Shown here one piece after another: positions 46,999-47,695 of a DNA stretch of 47,695 nt. The position numbers and the translations under genes were made by a program. The stretch is taken from contig ML992502.1 of assembly GCA_010093995.1 (NCBI GenBank), positions 1,295,001-1,342,695 on the forward strand, written 5' to 3'. Source of the stretch: Elsinoe ampelina. Its lineage: Eukaryota. The stretch's first letter is position 1. Every line of letters starts with the position of its first letter. Under the pieces are notes generated by a model. The model searched no databases, was not told the DNA's origin, and was given only the letters and a program-made list of their open reading frames with translations.

Positions 46999-47092
46999 TA
47001 AACTAGATTCTAAACTAGATTCTAAACTAGATACTAAACTAGATTCTAAACTAGATACTAAACTAGATACTAAACTAGATTCTAAACTAGAT
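46999..47092. repeat. Tandem 12-bp repeat (TAAACTAGATWC) x ~8 in the Copia integrase-RT spacer
   Basis: Read directly; unit length is a multiple of 3, consistent with a former 4-aa repeat in pol. Confidence 0.88.
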
Positions 47093-47695
47093 TTAGTTTA
47101 GTTATTCTCTCTACTTTATATATCCCTTTAGATTTATTAATCTTCTATAGGAGCCTTAGTAGATCTAATTAAGTAATCTAATTAGTTTTAGCTAAGGTTA
47201 TTCCTCTAGCTTATAGAACTAAGTTTTATTAAATCTAATATCTCTTATTCTAATAACCTTCTTAGAGGCTAGTATAAAGATTCTAAAGATATTAGTTAAG
47301 TTATAGCTAACTAGATAGCTAATATAAGCCCTTAGTATAAGCTTATTACTACTTATAATAAGCTTATCTAAAATATAAGCTTTATATCTAAGTAGCCTAA
47401 GATAAGCAACTAATAGAGAGTATCTATAAACTAGCTTAAAAGAAGTTTTCTAGTCTAGCTTCTTAAGAGGTATTTTATTAATTAGATAAGCTACTAATCT
47501 ATATAGTTTAGAGTGTAATTCTCTTAGTAGATTAGTAAAGATAGTAATTGCCCTTACTCTCCTTAATAGTATAGCTCCTATCCTTTTATTATAACTATTC
47601 TAAGCTTAAGTATAGAGAGTAAATAGCTTATAATAGATTTCTTTACTATCTAGGAAGATAGTAAATTTAAGGCTAAAGGCCCTCTTATTATTACT

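Larger units (their letters stand above)
44699..47695 (-). mobile_element. RIP-inactivated Ty1/Copia LTR retrotransposon, 3' portion; continues beyond window end
   Basis: Minus-strand translation keeps decayed domains in Copia order: integrase (~47695-47330; YT*A*NSYNKR, AYLINKIP...LD*KTSF), RT (~46390-45480; *VFTYK...KYKVKVYIRNNL*, NIVNAYINS, FFLIDNI for FFYVDDI) and RNase H (~45410-44950; GYLFKIF...*KATK*LIVITLSIEAKLL, LANRFTK). Very AT-rich with many TAA/TAG stops. Confidence 0.92.

Noticed and set aside
46999..47092. 12-bp repeat as a CRISPR array or telomeric repeat
   Set aside because: No spacers, eukaryotic context, and it lies inside Copia pol.

Overview
Eukaryotic DNA from a filamentous ascomycete (Pezizomycotina). 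The compact, short-intron style (43-55 nt) suggests a black yeast/Eurotiomycete, but that is only an impression. About 16 protein-coding genes lie in 1-41.4 kb: a DszA/NtaA-type flavin monooxygenase (cut by the window start) divergent from a Fen2/Seo1-like MFS permease, then PTC7-like PP2C, PRP4, tannase/feruloyl esterase, a hexokinase with one in-frame TAG, two distant tandem paralogs with F-box-like N-termini (the second ending in double SUMO-interacting motifs), LYS9, a large PH+LRR protein, PET127, INO80, BRX1, SPO12-like, an AZF1-like C2H2 factor and TUP1/rcoA. The right end holds a broken Sulfotransfer_4-like pseudogene and a heavily RIP-mutated Ty1/Copia LTR retrotransposon (minus strand; INT-RT-RNase H, PPT and 3' LTR recognisable). 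Best leads: recurring C-rich to G-rich strand-skew switch points, the hexokinase stop codon that a cryptic in-frame donor could skip, the F-box-like/SIM protein, and a promoter- and splice-signal-rich 2.8 kb gap between AZF1 and TUP1. All splice models were derived by hand; no database searches were run.
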